DNA of 64,000 nt from a virus. The stretch lies in IMG/VR virus record IMGVR_UViG_3300025897_000009; one strand, written 5' to 3'. The notes beneath the pieces are model-generated. The model was not told the DNA's origin, made no database searches, and was given only the letters and a program-made list of their open reading frames with translations. Shown here in pieces: positions 45,850 to 54,865 of the stretch (position 1 is the first letter of the stretch; each line of letters begins with the position of its first letter). A program made the translations under genes and the position numbers.

Positions 45850-46409
45850 TATGAATTATCCCATTGACTCCATGCCCATCCACCTGATGGTACAGAATAA
45901 CTAGCATGTTTGTCATCTAATAATAAGATTTCGCAATGAGCGAAATCTGCAGATTTGCCTTCATCTAGATGTGCTTGTTTGTTTGCTAATACCCAATTAC
46001 AATAATTGTTGTAAAAAAGTGTGCCTTGATCGTCTTGGGCATCATAGTCTATTACCATGGCATTATCAATTCTATCTTTCATGCGTAAGTGTTTCATGCT
46101 AGAATGGGTTGCATCTACTATCTTTGCTGCATTTGTATCCTCTCCTTTTGTGAATTCACACCAACTTGCTGCGTTGTACCATTCAACTGTAAGTCTAACT
46201 TTGGTGTTAGAATCAATCTTTTCAACTGTAACATCGCTGATAGATCCACTATCAACATAGTCGTTGAAGTCATCTTTTTGTAAAAAAGTTGCACCAGATC
46301 TGTACTTATTGGTTGAGAGGTCAAACACATTGGTAGTCATGTTTGTATAAAAAGATTCTACATCACTGGGTGTGTATGTAAATGTTGAGATTATCTCTAC
46401 TGTTGTCAT
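45849..46409 (-). CDS. hypothetical protein, one of three tandem paralogs
   Basis: as above; LDDKH..Y..P.GGW. Confidence 0.7.
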   Translation of the reverse strand: MTTVEIISTFTYTPSDVESFYTNMTTNVFDLSTNKYRSGATFLQKDDFNDYVDSGSISDVTVEKIDSNTKVRLTVEWYNAASWCEFTKGEDTNAAKIVDATHSSMKHLRMKDRIDNAMVIDYDAQDDQGTLFYNNYCNWVLANKQAHLDEGKSADFAHCEILLLDDKHASYSVPSGGWAWSQWDNS

Positions 46410-46582
46410 TGAACTTCCTCTGCTTTAATTTTAATGAACTTCTCTAAGTTCTTTTTGCTTAATATGTTTGTATCTGTCAATTCAGTCACCATCGCTGTGG
46501 CTCCTTGTCGCAGACCTTTATTGTAAGATATAACTGCGCACATTACTATAGTTATGATGTAAGCAATTTGTTCTGGACTCAT
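46406..46582 (-). CDS. small membrane-anchored protein, 58 aa (not in ORF track)
   Basis: MSPEQIAYIITIVMCAVISYNKGLRQGA...; ATGA overlaps at both ends. Confidence 0.6.
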   Translation of the reverse strand: MSPEQIAYIITIVMCAVISYNKGLRQGATAMVTELTDTNILSKKNLEKFIKIKAEEVQ

Positions 46583-47010
46583 CTTGTTAGTTTTTTAATG
46601 TTTTCGATTTGACTCGTGATGATTGGTTTTCTATTTGGCCAATAGATGTATTCCTTATCTTCGTTCTTCATAAGGTTATACAACAATGGCAATATCATCT
46701 TCTCAAGTTCTATTAACTTATCTTTATATAATACTACTTGTTGGTCAGTGGTCGCTAGTGAGTTTTCTTTAGCATTTTCTAATTCAGTTAATGCTGAAGC
46801 AAGCAATCTCTGCATGTTATCAACCTTAGCATCAAGTTCTTCTAGTTGCTTAGAACTAGCACTACTTGCACTTGAGGTTGAGACTTCTTCTAATCTCTTA
46901 GCAAGTTCTTCATTAATGCCTGCAGATTCACCAGTGGCTGTGACTAATTCATCACTGTCAACTGCTGTGAATCCAAAGTCATTTTGTATATCGTAGTATT
47001 CGTCGCTCAT
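46579..47010 (-). CDS. conserved T4-like hypothetical protein
   Basis: DFGFTAVD.DEL...MILPLL.NLMKN..KEYIYWPNR. Confidence 0.75.
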   Translation of the reverse strand: MSDEYYDIQNDFGFTAVDSDELVTATGESAGINEELAKRLEEVSTSSASSASSKQLEELDAKVDNMQRLLASALTELENAKENSLATTDQQVVLYKDKLIELEKMILPLLYNLMKNEDKEYIYWPNRKPIITSQIENIKKLTR

Positions 47011-47011
47011 A

Positions 47012-48028
47012 TTACTTTTGAGGAATCGCACCAAATGCTTTTCTTATTTCAACTAAGTTAGCAATTCCAGTTTCCATCTTGCCATAGTATTTAGTTGCAT
47101 CTAGATTGCAGTATTCAAATATTTTAGACATAATTCTCATTGGATTTTGTACTAATTCATCATATGTAACATGTAAATGGTCTACTGACACCATATCGCG
47201 ATATCTTTCTGTAGCATTTCGATTGATATCATATGCATCTAGATTGCATTCTACTTTTGATATGTTAGTGTAATTCTTTCTATAGTTATACAAGGCATTC
47301 GTAAGAGATTCTTTCTGAGCATCTTTGTCACGTGTGATCCAGATGATTTTAGAATTAGGGAACACTTCTTTAAAGTCTTTTACACTGTTTGCTGTTAAGA
47401 GTGGGGTTTTACAGAGAAAGAACTCTGCTTGTTTATTTCTCCATAGCAAATTATAAAATGATTTTTGCCATATGAGAGCATCGTTGTTTTTCTTGTATCT
47501 TTGGTGGCAATATTCAACAAATGGTTTACATCGAAATGCAAAGTGAATACTGTCTGCCAACATGGGTGGAAATAATGCTTGTGGATCGTCTTCAAAATCT
47601 TCTGCTCCTACTGTATGTGTTCCACCAAATGATTTGAATTGAAACAACTCTGTGATTTTTTTACAATCTTCTATCTTCTTTTGTCTATTAATATCATCCG
47701 TGATCGGTAATGGTTGCTGAAACTCAAAGAACTGTGGACCATGAAAAATGCCTGATGTTGCTAAACATCGATGTAGATAAGTTGACCCACTTCTGGGCAT
47801 AGACATTATTTGTATTAGAGGAAAGTCATGATCAAGATTGTCATGCTTTTCAAACTCTGCTTTGAGACCAAAGTATTGTTTGAGTCTGTGGGGTATAAGA
47901 TTATTCTCTAGAACTTGTCGACCAAAGTCATTGAAGTTGCCATAATGCTGATTCAATCCTTGAACATAAGCATGCCATTGTTCTGGGATATCTCTTGTTT
48001 CGTAATTATAATTCGACAGGTTGAACAT
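47012..48028 (-). CDS. sulfotransferase family protein
   Basis: PAPS 5'-binding loop MPRSGSTYLH; LCKTP; FPNSKIIWITRD; YDELVQNP...MSKIFEYC.L. Confidence 0.85.
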   Translation of the reverse strand: MFNLSNYNYETRDIPEQWHAYVQGLNQHYGNFNDFGRQVLENNLIPHRLKQYFGLKAEFEKHDNLDHDFPLIQIMSMPRSGSTYLHRCLATSGIFHGPQFFEFQQPLPITDDINRQKKIEDCKKITELFQFKSFGGTHTVGAEDFEDDPQALFPPMLADSIHFAFRCKPFVEYCHQRYKKNNDALIWQKSFYNLLWRNKQAEFFLCKTPLLTANSVKDFKEVFPNSKIIWITRDKDAQKESLTNALYNYRKNYTNISKVECNLDAYDINRNATERYRDMVSVDHLHVTYDELVQNPMRIMSKIFEYCNLDATKYYGKMETGIANLVEIRKAFGAIPQK

Positions 48029-48692
48029 TAATTAACTGTTGCTCCGATGCATCACTATCGAATTCATGTAGAATGGATCCTGTACCATCCCAAACAGTGA
48101 TCTTGACAGAATCAATTTCACCATCTACATGAGACTCTATATTTTTCATCTCAACAAATGCTTGATTCTTTTCTAAAGTTTTAGCAAGATCTTCATCACC
48201 TTGAATCAATAGTGTGTTCTTAATAACTCGATAGATTTCTTTTTCTTGTGTTGCATACATCATTTTAGGCATATCTTCATCTCTTTTATGAAATGATATT
48301 TGAATATAGTCTATACCTGTTTTTGGAATAATGTGTTCAAACAGTAAGTCATCCCCTGCCTTCCAGTCAGTTTTATCTTTGAGAAGTTCTTCATCAAATG
48401 CATAAGTTACATAATCATTATTGCTTGCTTCACCTTTTACTTTGCTCTGCCACATGCGTTCAGAAACATCCCATTCGTTTTTAGTTGTAGAGAGTTTCTT
48501 TTTCCAATTTTCATTGACATAGAATCGTATAGATTTGCCAACAAAAACCAACCAACCACTTGGACATTCTGGAGTCTTAGCATTTACTGTGTTTGCGATT
48601 GGGCAGGGTATACAGATGTTGACTTTTTGCTCAGCATGTTTGAATAACCTACTTCTGTAGAATGTTTTTCCGTCTTTTGAGATCTTTTCCAT
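48006..48692 (-). CDS. hypothetical protein
   Basis: 228-aa ORF, TAATG coupling. Confidence 0.7.
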   Translation of the reverse strand: MEKISKDGKTFYRSRLFKHAEQKVNICIPCPIANTVNAKTPECPSGWLVFVGKSIRFYVNENWKKKLSTTKNEWDVSERMWQSKVKGEASNNDYVTYAFDEELLKDKTDWKAGDDLLFEHIIPKTGIDYIQISFHKRDEDMPKMMYATQEKEIYRVIKNTLLIQGDEDLAKTLEKNQAFVEMKNIESHVDGEIDSVKITVWDGTGSILHEFDSDASEQQLINVQPVEL

Positions 48693-49633
48693 TAGTCTTT
48701 AGTATATGATGCTTCTGTCCAGCCAGATTCGGTATTAGATTCAACCTCACCTGCGTCTGTTAATTCTTTGACCATTTTCTTTGCTTGCTTATCGAAAGAT
48801 TTGATCATATTAACTTTAGTGTCTTTAAGATCAACCTCTAATCCTAATCCTTCAGCAACTTCTTTGATCGTTGCTTTCGTCATTGCATTGAGTTCTTTCT
48901 TATCAGGTATCACTAGTGTTTCGCCCTCTTCTGTAAACTCTTCAAAAGGATCTTCTACTGTAACTTCTGGTTCTGCTTTTTGTTCTTCTTCTGATTTTAC
49001 TCTAACTTGTGCGAACAAATCATCTGTAGAAACCTTTTGTGTTTCTTCTTGAGAATGAGTTTCAGGTACAACGAAGTCTGTTGACTCTTTCACATCAGAT
49101 ATAGATGGTTCATAATTACTCATCACATTCGCAGCATCTTCGACAGCACTCGGTGTATCTTCTGTAACATCACCTGATACAAAGTCATCTGCTTGTTCCC
49201 TAAACATCTGTGCCATTTTAACTGCACGTGATGGTTTCTTGGGTTCATTATTTGCTACCACAGGTGTTTGTGGTTGTGGTGTTGTTTCTACTTTAACTGC
49301 TTTCGGCACATCTGTCTCCAATCCCTTTCTTTGCATTTCTGCTTGAAGTCTATCAAGTCTTTGCTGTAATTCTTTTCTTTGCTGTCTTTCATTTGCAAGT
49401 GCATTATTTTCAGAAGTCTTTTTAAGTTCTTCTTGTTCTTGCTGTTGTAAGAATGCTTCTTGTTGTTGCTTAATTCTTTCTTCGGTTTGATGCTTTGCTT
49501 CTGCTTCGCATACATCCCTCAGTCGAGCGATGGGTGACAGTTCGTTTCCTCTAAGACCACCTCGTGTTGTCACGACGTCGACTAGATTTACCACTGCTGT
49601 TAAATCTTCAATTGTTATATATTGTGTTTGCAT
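48692..49633 (-). CDS. late hypothetical protein: coiled coil, acidic linker, HeH/Rho-N-like C-terminal motif
   Basis: DVVTTRGGLRGNEL N-domain; LNAMTKATIKEVAEGLGL...K..MI; GGAG RBS and late promoter upstream. Confidence 0.65.
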   Translation of the reverse strand: MQTQYITIEDLTAVVNLVDVVTTRGGLRGNELSPIARLRDVCEAEAKHQTEERIKQQQEAFLQQQEQEELKKTSENNALANERQQRKELQQRLDRLQAEMQRKGLETDVPKAVKVETTPQPQTPVVANNEPKKPSRAVKMAQMFREQADDFVSGDVTEDTPSAVEDAANVMSNYEPSISDVKESTDFVVPETHSQEETQKVSTDDLFAQVRVKSEEEQKAEPEVTVEDPFEEFTEEGETLVIPDKKELNAMTKATIKEVAEGLGLEVDLKDTKVNMIKSFDKQAKKMVKELTDAGEVESNTESGWTEASYTKD

Positions 49634-49648
49634 AATTACTCCATAATT

Positions 49649-49747
49649 AAAAAATAAGGTCTTCGACTAGCATAGTGACATGATGTTCTAAACAATTATC
49701 AAAGTTATGTCTAGCAGAATTTATTTATAGTCTTTTTGAAGACCTTA
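49649..49747 (-). promoter_or_regulatory. long-range hairpin with U-tract, overlapping late promoter TATAAATA (49722-49729)
   Basis: 49655-49669 pairs with 49728-49732 + 49738-49747; T6 follows on the minus strand. Confidence 0.55.
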
Positions 49748-49771
49748 CTAAACGAACTCATCTTATACTTT

Positions 49772-49945
49772 TTATCTCATCAATTCTGATAGTTCGTTTA
49801 AATCTTCGATCAACTTATCGCGATTCCTCCTAAGCATTGCTTTTTTTGAATTCGCTGTCCTCTTATGTCTAATCTTTCGATTTATTGCATTGATAGTCTT
49901 ATCAATTTTTACACAAGGGTTTGACAACAGTTTACTATGATACAT
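49772..49945 (-). CDS. small basic protein, 57 aa (not in ORF track)
   Basis: MYHSKLLSNPCVKIDKTINAINRKIRHKRTANSKKAMLRRNRDKLIEDLNELSELMR; preceded by AGGAGGTGATCC. Confidence 0.65.
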   Translation of the reverse strand: MYHSKLLSNPCVKIDKTINAINRKIRHKRTANSKKAMLRRNRDKLIEDLNELSELMR

Positions 49946-49991
49946 GGATCACCTCCTAAGTTGGTTAAAGGTTCTCCTCCCTCCGTCGTCT

Positions 49992-50282
49992 TTAAAGTCG
50001 AGAGATTGTTTTTACTCCTGTTGTTTTATCTTCCTGTTTCTGCACAGGTATTTCTACATCATCGTAAGTCCAATCACATGTCCAACCAGATCGTTCTCCA
50101 GTTGACTTCCATTTTTCAATAGAGTGATCATACAAAAACTCGACTATTGAATCTAGTCTAGAATCATACAGTTGTAGTAAACCAACTATGGGGTCAAAAT
50201 GTCTTAATTCACCTACACCTCTGCCAGTATCAGTAGCATAGTCGATGAATCTGTCATCCCCTGTTAATCCTAGTTTATTCAT
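49992..50282 (-). CDS. hypothetical protein
   Basis: 96-aa ORF; late-like CTAAATA 6 nt upstream of the ATG. Confidence 0.65.
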   Translation of the reverse strand: MNKLGLTGDDRFIDYATDTGRGVGELRHFDPIVGLLQLYDSRLDSIVEFLYDHSIEKWKSTGERSGWTCDWTYDDVEIPVQKQEDKTTGVKTISRL

Positions 50283-50291
50283 ATAGAATAT

Positions 50292-50894
50292 TTAGGCAGA
50301 TATGAGGTCTGGAAATGCTTTTTGTACCAAATTTTTAGTTAAAGATTTAAAAGCAACTAATCTTTTGTCTTTGACTTGATCCATTAGTGCTGCCTCTTCA
50401 GGTGATATCTTCTCTAGCATTTCTATCCACATGTGTTCTCTTTTAGTCTGTTGAACATCAGATGCACTTACTACAAAATATTTGAACATTTTAAACTCAT
50501 GTCTCAATGAGGATTCTGTCAAATCTGCTGCAGGTGCAGAGTTTTTCACAAAGGGTGTGACACCTTTGGGTAAACGAGACTCTATCGCATCATCAAACTG
50601 CCATTTAAGTACAGGTCTTAATGCTCCATTCTTTTGTGCCCAATATTGTAACCCATTGACACGAGTCTGTTCATCTTCTGCTTGCTCTACTGCTACCAAT
50701 ATTTCAAATACATTCGCAGTGGGTACAAGTCTGATGGGTTCTTTAGGTATGAGTGCCAATACAGGATCTTCTGCTGTTTTCACAGTGCCAGCATCTTGTA
50801 CGACAGTCTTTGGTTCTTTGGCAATTTTTGCCAAGGTCTTTTTGTTTAAGGATCCTGGTGGACGACCTCTACCTCTTTTCATTTTGTCAGCCAT
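50292..50894 (-). CDS. conserved T4-like hypothetical protein with N-terminal AT-hook-like motif
   Basis: KRGRGRPPGS; LP.G.TPF...KRE.MWIEMLE.I.P.EA.L...VKDK.L...K.LTK.LV..AFP. Confidence 0.75.
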   Translation of the reverse strand: MADKMKRGRGRPPGSLNKKTLAKIAKEPKTVVQDAGTVKTAEDPVLALIPKEPIRLVPTANVFEILVAVEQAEDEQTRVNGLQYWAQKNGALRPVLKWQFDDAIESRLPKGVTPFVKNSAPAADLTESSLRHEFKMFKYFVVSASDVQQTKREHMWIEMLEKISPEEAALMDQVKDKRLVAFKSLTKNLVQKAFPDLISA

Positions 50895-50898
50895 TTTT

Positions 50899-51738
50899 CT
50901 AAAAATCTCCAATAGCATTTAATAATTCCTTCAATGAATTGTCCATTATGTAAGGTAAGAGTTTGCCTGAGGGTGGGATAGTTTCTTCGAATGCTTTAAG
51001 GATTCTGTTCGTCACATCTTCAGGTATCTCATCTAAATCGATAAGAGTTCTGTTTCTTACATAGTTTCGATAATAATTATCGAATTTGTCAACTCCATTT
51101 ATATACTTATTTAGTGTAGATTTCCTCATCGGTTTTTGACGAGTGCCTTCTACAATAACATTATCTCCAGATAGAATATTAGGTATCCCATCTCCTTTGT
51201 CACCTCTTAAAATATGCTCTTTAAGGAATTCCTCAGCATCATCGGGTGATACAAATTTGTTTACATTAGGTGACCATTGTTTTACATCAGAATATCTTTG
51301 TAATTGCTGGAAGTCTTTGTCACCACTTACAATAAGAATAGATTCTTCTCTTTTGTATTTGGTCAATGTACCTATGATATCATCTGCCTCTGCACCATCT
51401 ACTCGAAGGAACTTGTATGGCAGATTTAATTGGATCTCATCACGGATCTTATTGAGCATACCAAATATTGTATCCCAATCCATATCTGAGTCTTCGCGAG
51501 ATTTCTTTCGGTTTGCTTTGTAGTTAGGAAAGTAATCCCTTCGCCAGTAATGTCTGTCATCAGCACACAATACTATGTCACCATAATCATTCTTAAATCT
51601 TTTAGAATAACTGCGTATGGTGTTGAGTACCATGTGTCTTAACAGATCTTCACTCATCTCACCACTATCTATGCGATTCATTTTTACCTGAACCATCACA
51701 CCAGCGATCATGGTTTGTGTCAAATCAACTAAAATCAT
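50899..51738 (-). CDS. rnh: T4-type RNase H (5'-3' exonuclease)
   Basis: MILVD; LRHMVLN; YWRRDYFPNYKANRK; EADDIIG; SGDKDFQQL; GDKGDGIPN. Confidence 0.94.
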   Translation of the reverse strand: MILVDLTQTMIAGVMVQVKMNRIDSGEMSEDLLRHMVLNTIRSYSKRFKNDYGDIVLCADDRHYWRRDYFPNYKANRKKSREDSDMDWDTIFGMLNKIRDEIQLNLPYKFLRVDGAEADDIIGTLTKYKREESILIVSGDKDFQQLQRYSDVKQWSPNVNKFVSPDDAEEFLKEHILRGDKGDGIPNILSGDNVIVEGTRQKPMRKSTLNKYINGVDKFDNYYRNYVRNRTLIDLDEIPEDVTNRILKAFEETIPPSGKLLPYIMDNSLKELLNAIGDF

Positions 51739-52832
51739 TTCTCTACTCTTAATAATATACAGTGCTCATTGACTCTACCATTAGCAACCTTTTCGGTGGA
51801 ATTGATTTCATTCATTAATCCTTTAAGAACTAATTTGCCACCATCTAAGCATCTCTTGATGTATTTAGTTGGATTTCTACCAATGCTCTTTTCAATGGCA
51901 TCATCTTTCGCATAACCATATATGGTTGTACCTCTCACATCTAACTTGCCACGATAGACTTGAAGTTTCTTGTTATTGGTGTTATAAATCCACAACTCTC
52001 TGGCACCTATGATCAATGCAGGGTTTACACTGCTGATCTTAAGTTGAGTGTCAGAATCTTTAAACTTGAGTTTCTTAACTCTGTTGGTACCATCAACAAG
52101 TTTAGATTTTCTAATGCGAGGTTTAAACTGCTGTCTTTTATTCTTTGCCCATCTTTCAGCATCATCCATGATACTTCGAATAAACTCAATCAAAAGTTTT
52201 TTACCTTTGATTCCTAGATAAGCATATGCCTCTTTTAACTGTTCACAATCCTCTTTGTTCTCAAGTTCGTCTATCATTAAACTGTAATGTGTTGGGATCA
52301 ATGAAGTAGACTTAGCATTTAAGTCTAGTGCTTGGCACCATTCATACATATTGAAGTCTGACTTGAAATCATTATCCAAGAATTGATCAATCTCATACTC
52401 AACATCACCCAGCATGTCCATCAGTTTATCTTCCATAAGTTGCTGAACTGATTTCTTTGGTTTACGAGTTGAGACAGTAACTGATACCACTTTTCCTTTA
52501 GTTGCTTGCAGTTCGCGAATGGTTGAGTCAAGTCTAGTTTCTAAATCAGAATCTAGTTTCGCACCAAGCATTTTCTGCCTAACTAAAGATACAAAGGAAG
52601 TCATCATAAAACTGTTTGGGACACCTATAAAAGATTTGTAGAAATCTTTATCATAGTTTGCCTTTACATAGTCTCTCATGACTTTGCCTTTCGTCGGAGT
52701 ATCAAACATCACTCTATACCAATTGAAAATTGGGGCAAGAACTGCGTTCTCATTCGCGATGCTTGCTAACATCGGTTCTGGACCATAGTGTATAGTGTTT
52801 AGGTCTTTCGCACTTCGTTTAGATTTTTTCAT
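51735..52832 (-). CDS. conserved T4-like hypothetical protein
   Basis: YGPEP; QLKEAY; SVNPALIIGA.ELWIYNT..KKL..Y; NGRVNEHCILLR. Confidence 0.75.
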   Translation of the reverse strand: MKKSKRSAKDLNTIHYGPEPMLASIANENAVLAPIFNWYRVMFDTPTKGKVMRDYVKANYDKDFYKSFIGVPNSFMMTSFVSLVRQKMLGAKLDSDLETRLDSTIRELQATKGKVVSVTVSTRKPKKSVQQLMEDKLMDMLGDVEYEIDQFLDNDFKSDFNMYEWCQALDLNAKSTSLIPTHYSLMIDELENKEDCEQLKEAYAYLGIKGKKLLIEFIRSIMDDAERWAKNKRQQFKPRIRKSKLVDGTNRVKKLKFKDSDTQLKISSVNPALIIGARELWIYNTNNKKLQVYRGKLDVRGTTIYGYAKDDAIEKSIGRNPTKYIKRCLDGGKLVLKGLMNEINSTEKVANGRVNEHCILLRVEK

Positions 52833-52838
52833 TATCAT

Positions 52839-52868
52839 ATTGTAGTAAAAAACAATGGGTGTCGTAAA
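52839..52868 (-). promoter_or_regulatory. early promoter TTTACG-N18-TACAAT, 6 nt before the ATG at 52832
   Basis: copy of the TTTACGACAC motif. Confidence 0.72.
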
Positions 52869-52869
52869 G

Positions 52870-53259
52870 TTATTTCCACCAGTGTGTCATGTAAAGATAG
52901 TCTTCATATAGATATGCTTCTTTTTCAAACTCATCTGATGTCATGTGAAAAGAACCTGTAGTTTTGATTTTTTTGGATGAGGGTATTTCACCTCTAAAGA
53001 ATTGCTTGACATGTACTAATTCATGAGCAAGAGTGACCATCATATCTTCAGTGGTATCTCTAGCAATCTCTATATCAACTGCATTCTTATCACCATATGC
53101 GACACCCTTATATGAATAATCGTCTATGACAACTTCGTTCTTGAACTCGATGTAGATTTGACCTTTCTTTTTACGAGGCATTAATTCGAACATGATTGAT
53201 CGTGCATAGTCTTCTACACGATTCTTTTGACGACCATTAGCAACTATAATTTCAATCAT
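52870..53259 (-). CDS. putative zinc metallopeptidase (HExxH)
   Basis: TLAHELVHVKQ...EKEAY. Confidence 0.7.
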   Translation of the reverse strand: MIEIIVANGRQKNRVEDYARSIMFELMPRKKKGQIYIEFKNEVVIDDYSYKGVAYGDKNAVDIEIARDTTEDMMVTLAHELVHVKQFFRGEIPSSKKIKTTGSFHMTSDEFEKEAYLYEDYLYMTHWWK

Positions 53260-53503
53260 CTACTTCAGGAAAGTAATTATCTGCCTTTTCATTATATCCA
53301 TAGAAAGATCCTTCTTTTTCTTCCTTCTTTGGAGATTTGGCAGGACACCAATTACAATCTTCACCCATCGCAGTATCAGTCGGTCCACTATCGGGACAAT
53401 CATGATGCCACCATTCTATTTTATTCACTTGTTCATTTTGAGTCATACATTCACAGTCCAATCTTTTCTTACCACACTTGGGGCATTCAATCATTAAGTA
53501 CAT
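53252..53503 (-). CDS. Cys-rich hypothetical protein
   Basis: CPKC..C.C..HHDC..CNWC; TATAAATA (53509-53516) 5 nt upstream of the ATG. Confidence 0.55.
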   Translation of the reverse strand: MYLMIECPKCGKKRLDCECMTQNEQVNKIEWWHHDCPDSGPTDTAMGEDCNWCPAKSPKKEEKEGSFYGYNEKADNYFPEVDD

Positions 53504-53511
53504 AAGATTAT

Positions 53512-54171
53512 TTATATCTCATAATAAAAGACATGATTTCCAATTTGTCCTTTGTGCTCCATGTCTTTACACCACCATGGTTTCACATTTGTAGAATGAT
53601 AATGAGTTGCCCCATCAGTCAGATCTATGTAAGTATCAGATAACAACATCATCTGTGCTAACATGACTGATTCTGCCCATGTGACATATTCTTTAGGTTC
53701 ATCAGACTTGCCATCACAATACCAACTAAAGTGACATTGAGCAATCTTAGGAACTTGTTCATTCTTCCAGTTTTCTCGATGTATTCCTTGAAAAACTACA
53801 GCACAAACATTGTTAGGGAATCTATCAGAAATCACTCGATTCAAAGTGACATTACCCACTGCGAGTTTGCCTTCAGTTGTTTCACCACGTGCTTCATGAT
53901 AGATGTTAAGTGCTAAGCAATATGCATCATCGGTAATGTTCATGTATTGTTCTTCAAAACTAAGGAACATATCGATCTTATCATTAATAATCTGAATTTC
54001 AGTAGCATGCATTTCTTGCCTTAAATTAAACTCTTCCAACTCATTTTCTATAGTTTTTAGTTCTGACGCATTAAACATGCCGATAATTGCTAGCAGTAGT
54101 CCAATGCCTATACCCAATTTGGCATACCATGGAACTAGAGGTTTAATTCCTTGTAATTCTTTTTGTTTCAT
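53512..54171 (-). CDS. cell wall hydrolase, SleB/Hydrolase_2 family, membrane anchored
   Basis: CLALNIYHEARGE...AV..VTLNRV....FPN.VC.VV.Q...C.FSWYCDGKSD...TDGATHYH...P.W...IGNHVFY. Confidence 0.92.
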   Translation of the reverse strand: MKQKELQGIKPLVPWYAKLGIGIGLLLAIIGMFNASELKTIENELEEFNLRQEMHATEIQIINDKIDMFLSFEEQYMNITDDAYCLALNIYHEARGETTEGKLAVGNVTLNRVISDRFPNNVCAVVFQGIHRENWKNEQVPKIAQCHFSWYCDGKSDEPKEYVTWAESVMLAQMMLLSDTYIDLTDGATHYHSTNVKPWWCKDMEHKGQIGNHVFYYEI

Positions 54172-54172
54172 G

Positions 54173-54487
54173 CTATCTACCTATATGTTTGACTTCATCT
54201 TTAGGGATGACTTGGTATGCACCTTTGTTATAAGCAGGAGCAATCGTCACACCCTCAACCACTTTGGGTTCTTCTTTGGGTGTTACTGCTCCTGTCTTAC
54301 CAGAATCATAAGATGCATATTGTTTTGTAGATCGTTCTTCATTATAACGATCCAACCCACTCTTTTCAACTGGATCAGATCGTTTGAAATCTGGACGATA
54401 TGCTGTAGAAGGAAGAAGTTTCTTCTTCTTGCGTTTTTTACCCACCATGGAATATCGCATGGTATCTGGTCTAAAGATCATAGGCAT
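54173..54487 (-). CDS. conserved phage hypothetical protein
   Basis: IAPAYNKGAYQVI motif. Confidence 0.72.
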   Translation of the reverse strand: MPMIFRPDTMRYSMVGKKRKKKKLLPSTAYRPDFKRSDPVEKSGLDRYNEERSTKQYASYDSGKTGAVTPKEEPKVVEGVTIAPAYNKGAYQVIPKDEVKHIGR

Positions 54488-54490
54488 AGT

Positions 54491-54691
54491 TTAAAATCCA
54501 GAAGTCCAATGTACATAAGACTCTGGGCAGTTATCTACCCCACAACAGCAAGTTTCGTCATCAACTAACACATCACTGTGTGTCATTGAAGATTCTACTT
54601 TTACTTCTACCACTGATTCGGTATAACCTGGAGCAGTATCTCTCCACTCTCTGTCTCTTTGGACAATATCTTTAAATTCTTGTATCGTCAT
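54491..54691 (-). CDS. small Cys-containing hypothetical protein
   Basis: CCCG...C...Y.HWTSG. Confidence 0.6.
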   Translation of the reverse strand: MTIQEFKDIVQRDREWRDTAPGYTESVVEVKVESSMTHSDVLVDDETCCCGVDNCPESYVHWTSGF

Positions 54692-54693
54692 CT

Positions 54694-54804
54694 TTATACC
54701 CTGTTGTCAATTTGATCAACTAGATCGCGAATTTTATCAAGATCTTTATCTTGCTCCTTTTGCTTATCAAGAATCTCTTGAAGCATTGCTTTTATTTCTT
54801 CCAT
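54694..54804 (-). CDS. small coiled-coil peptide, 36 aa (not in ORF track)
   Basis: GAGGAG RBS right after an early promoter; MEEIKAMLQEILDKQKEQDKDLDKIRDLVDQIDNRV. Confidence 0.6.
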   Translation of the reverse strand: MEEIKAMLQEILDKQKEQDKDLDKIRDLVDQIDNRV

Positions 54805-54832
54805 AATTTACTCCTCTTTTTATAGTGTTTAT

Positions 54833-54862
54833 ATCATACTAAAAAGTAGAGGGTGTCGTAAA
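54833..54862 (-). promoter_or_regulatory. early promoter TTTACG-N18-TATGAT
   Basis: identical over about 32 bp to the copy at 57676-57707. Confidence 0.78.
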
Positions 54863-54865
54863 GTC

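Noticed and set aside
49945-49957. rRNA gene fragment
   Set aside because: The match is limited to 13 nt and sits exactly where an RBS for a minus-strand ORF would be.
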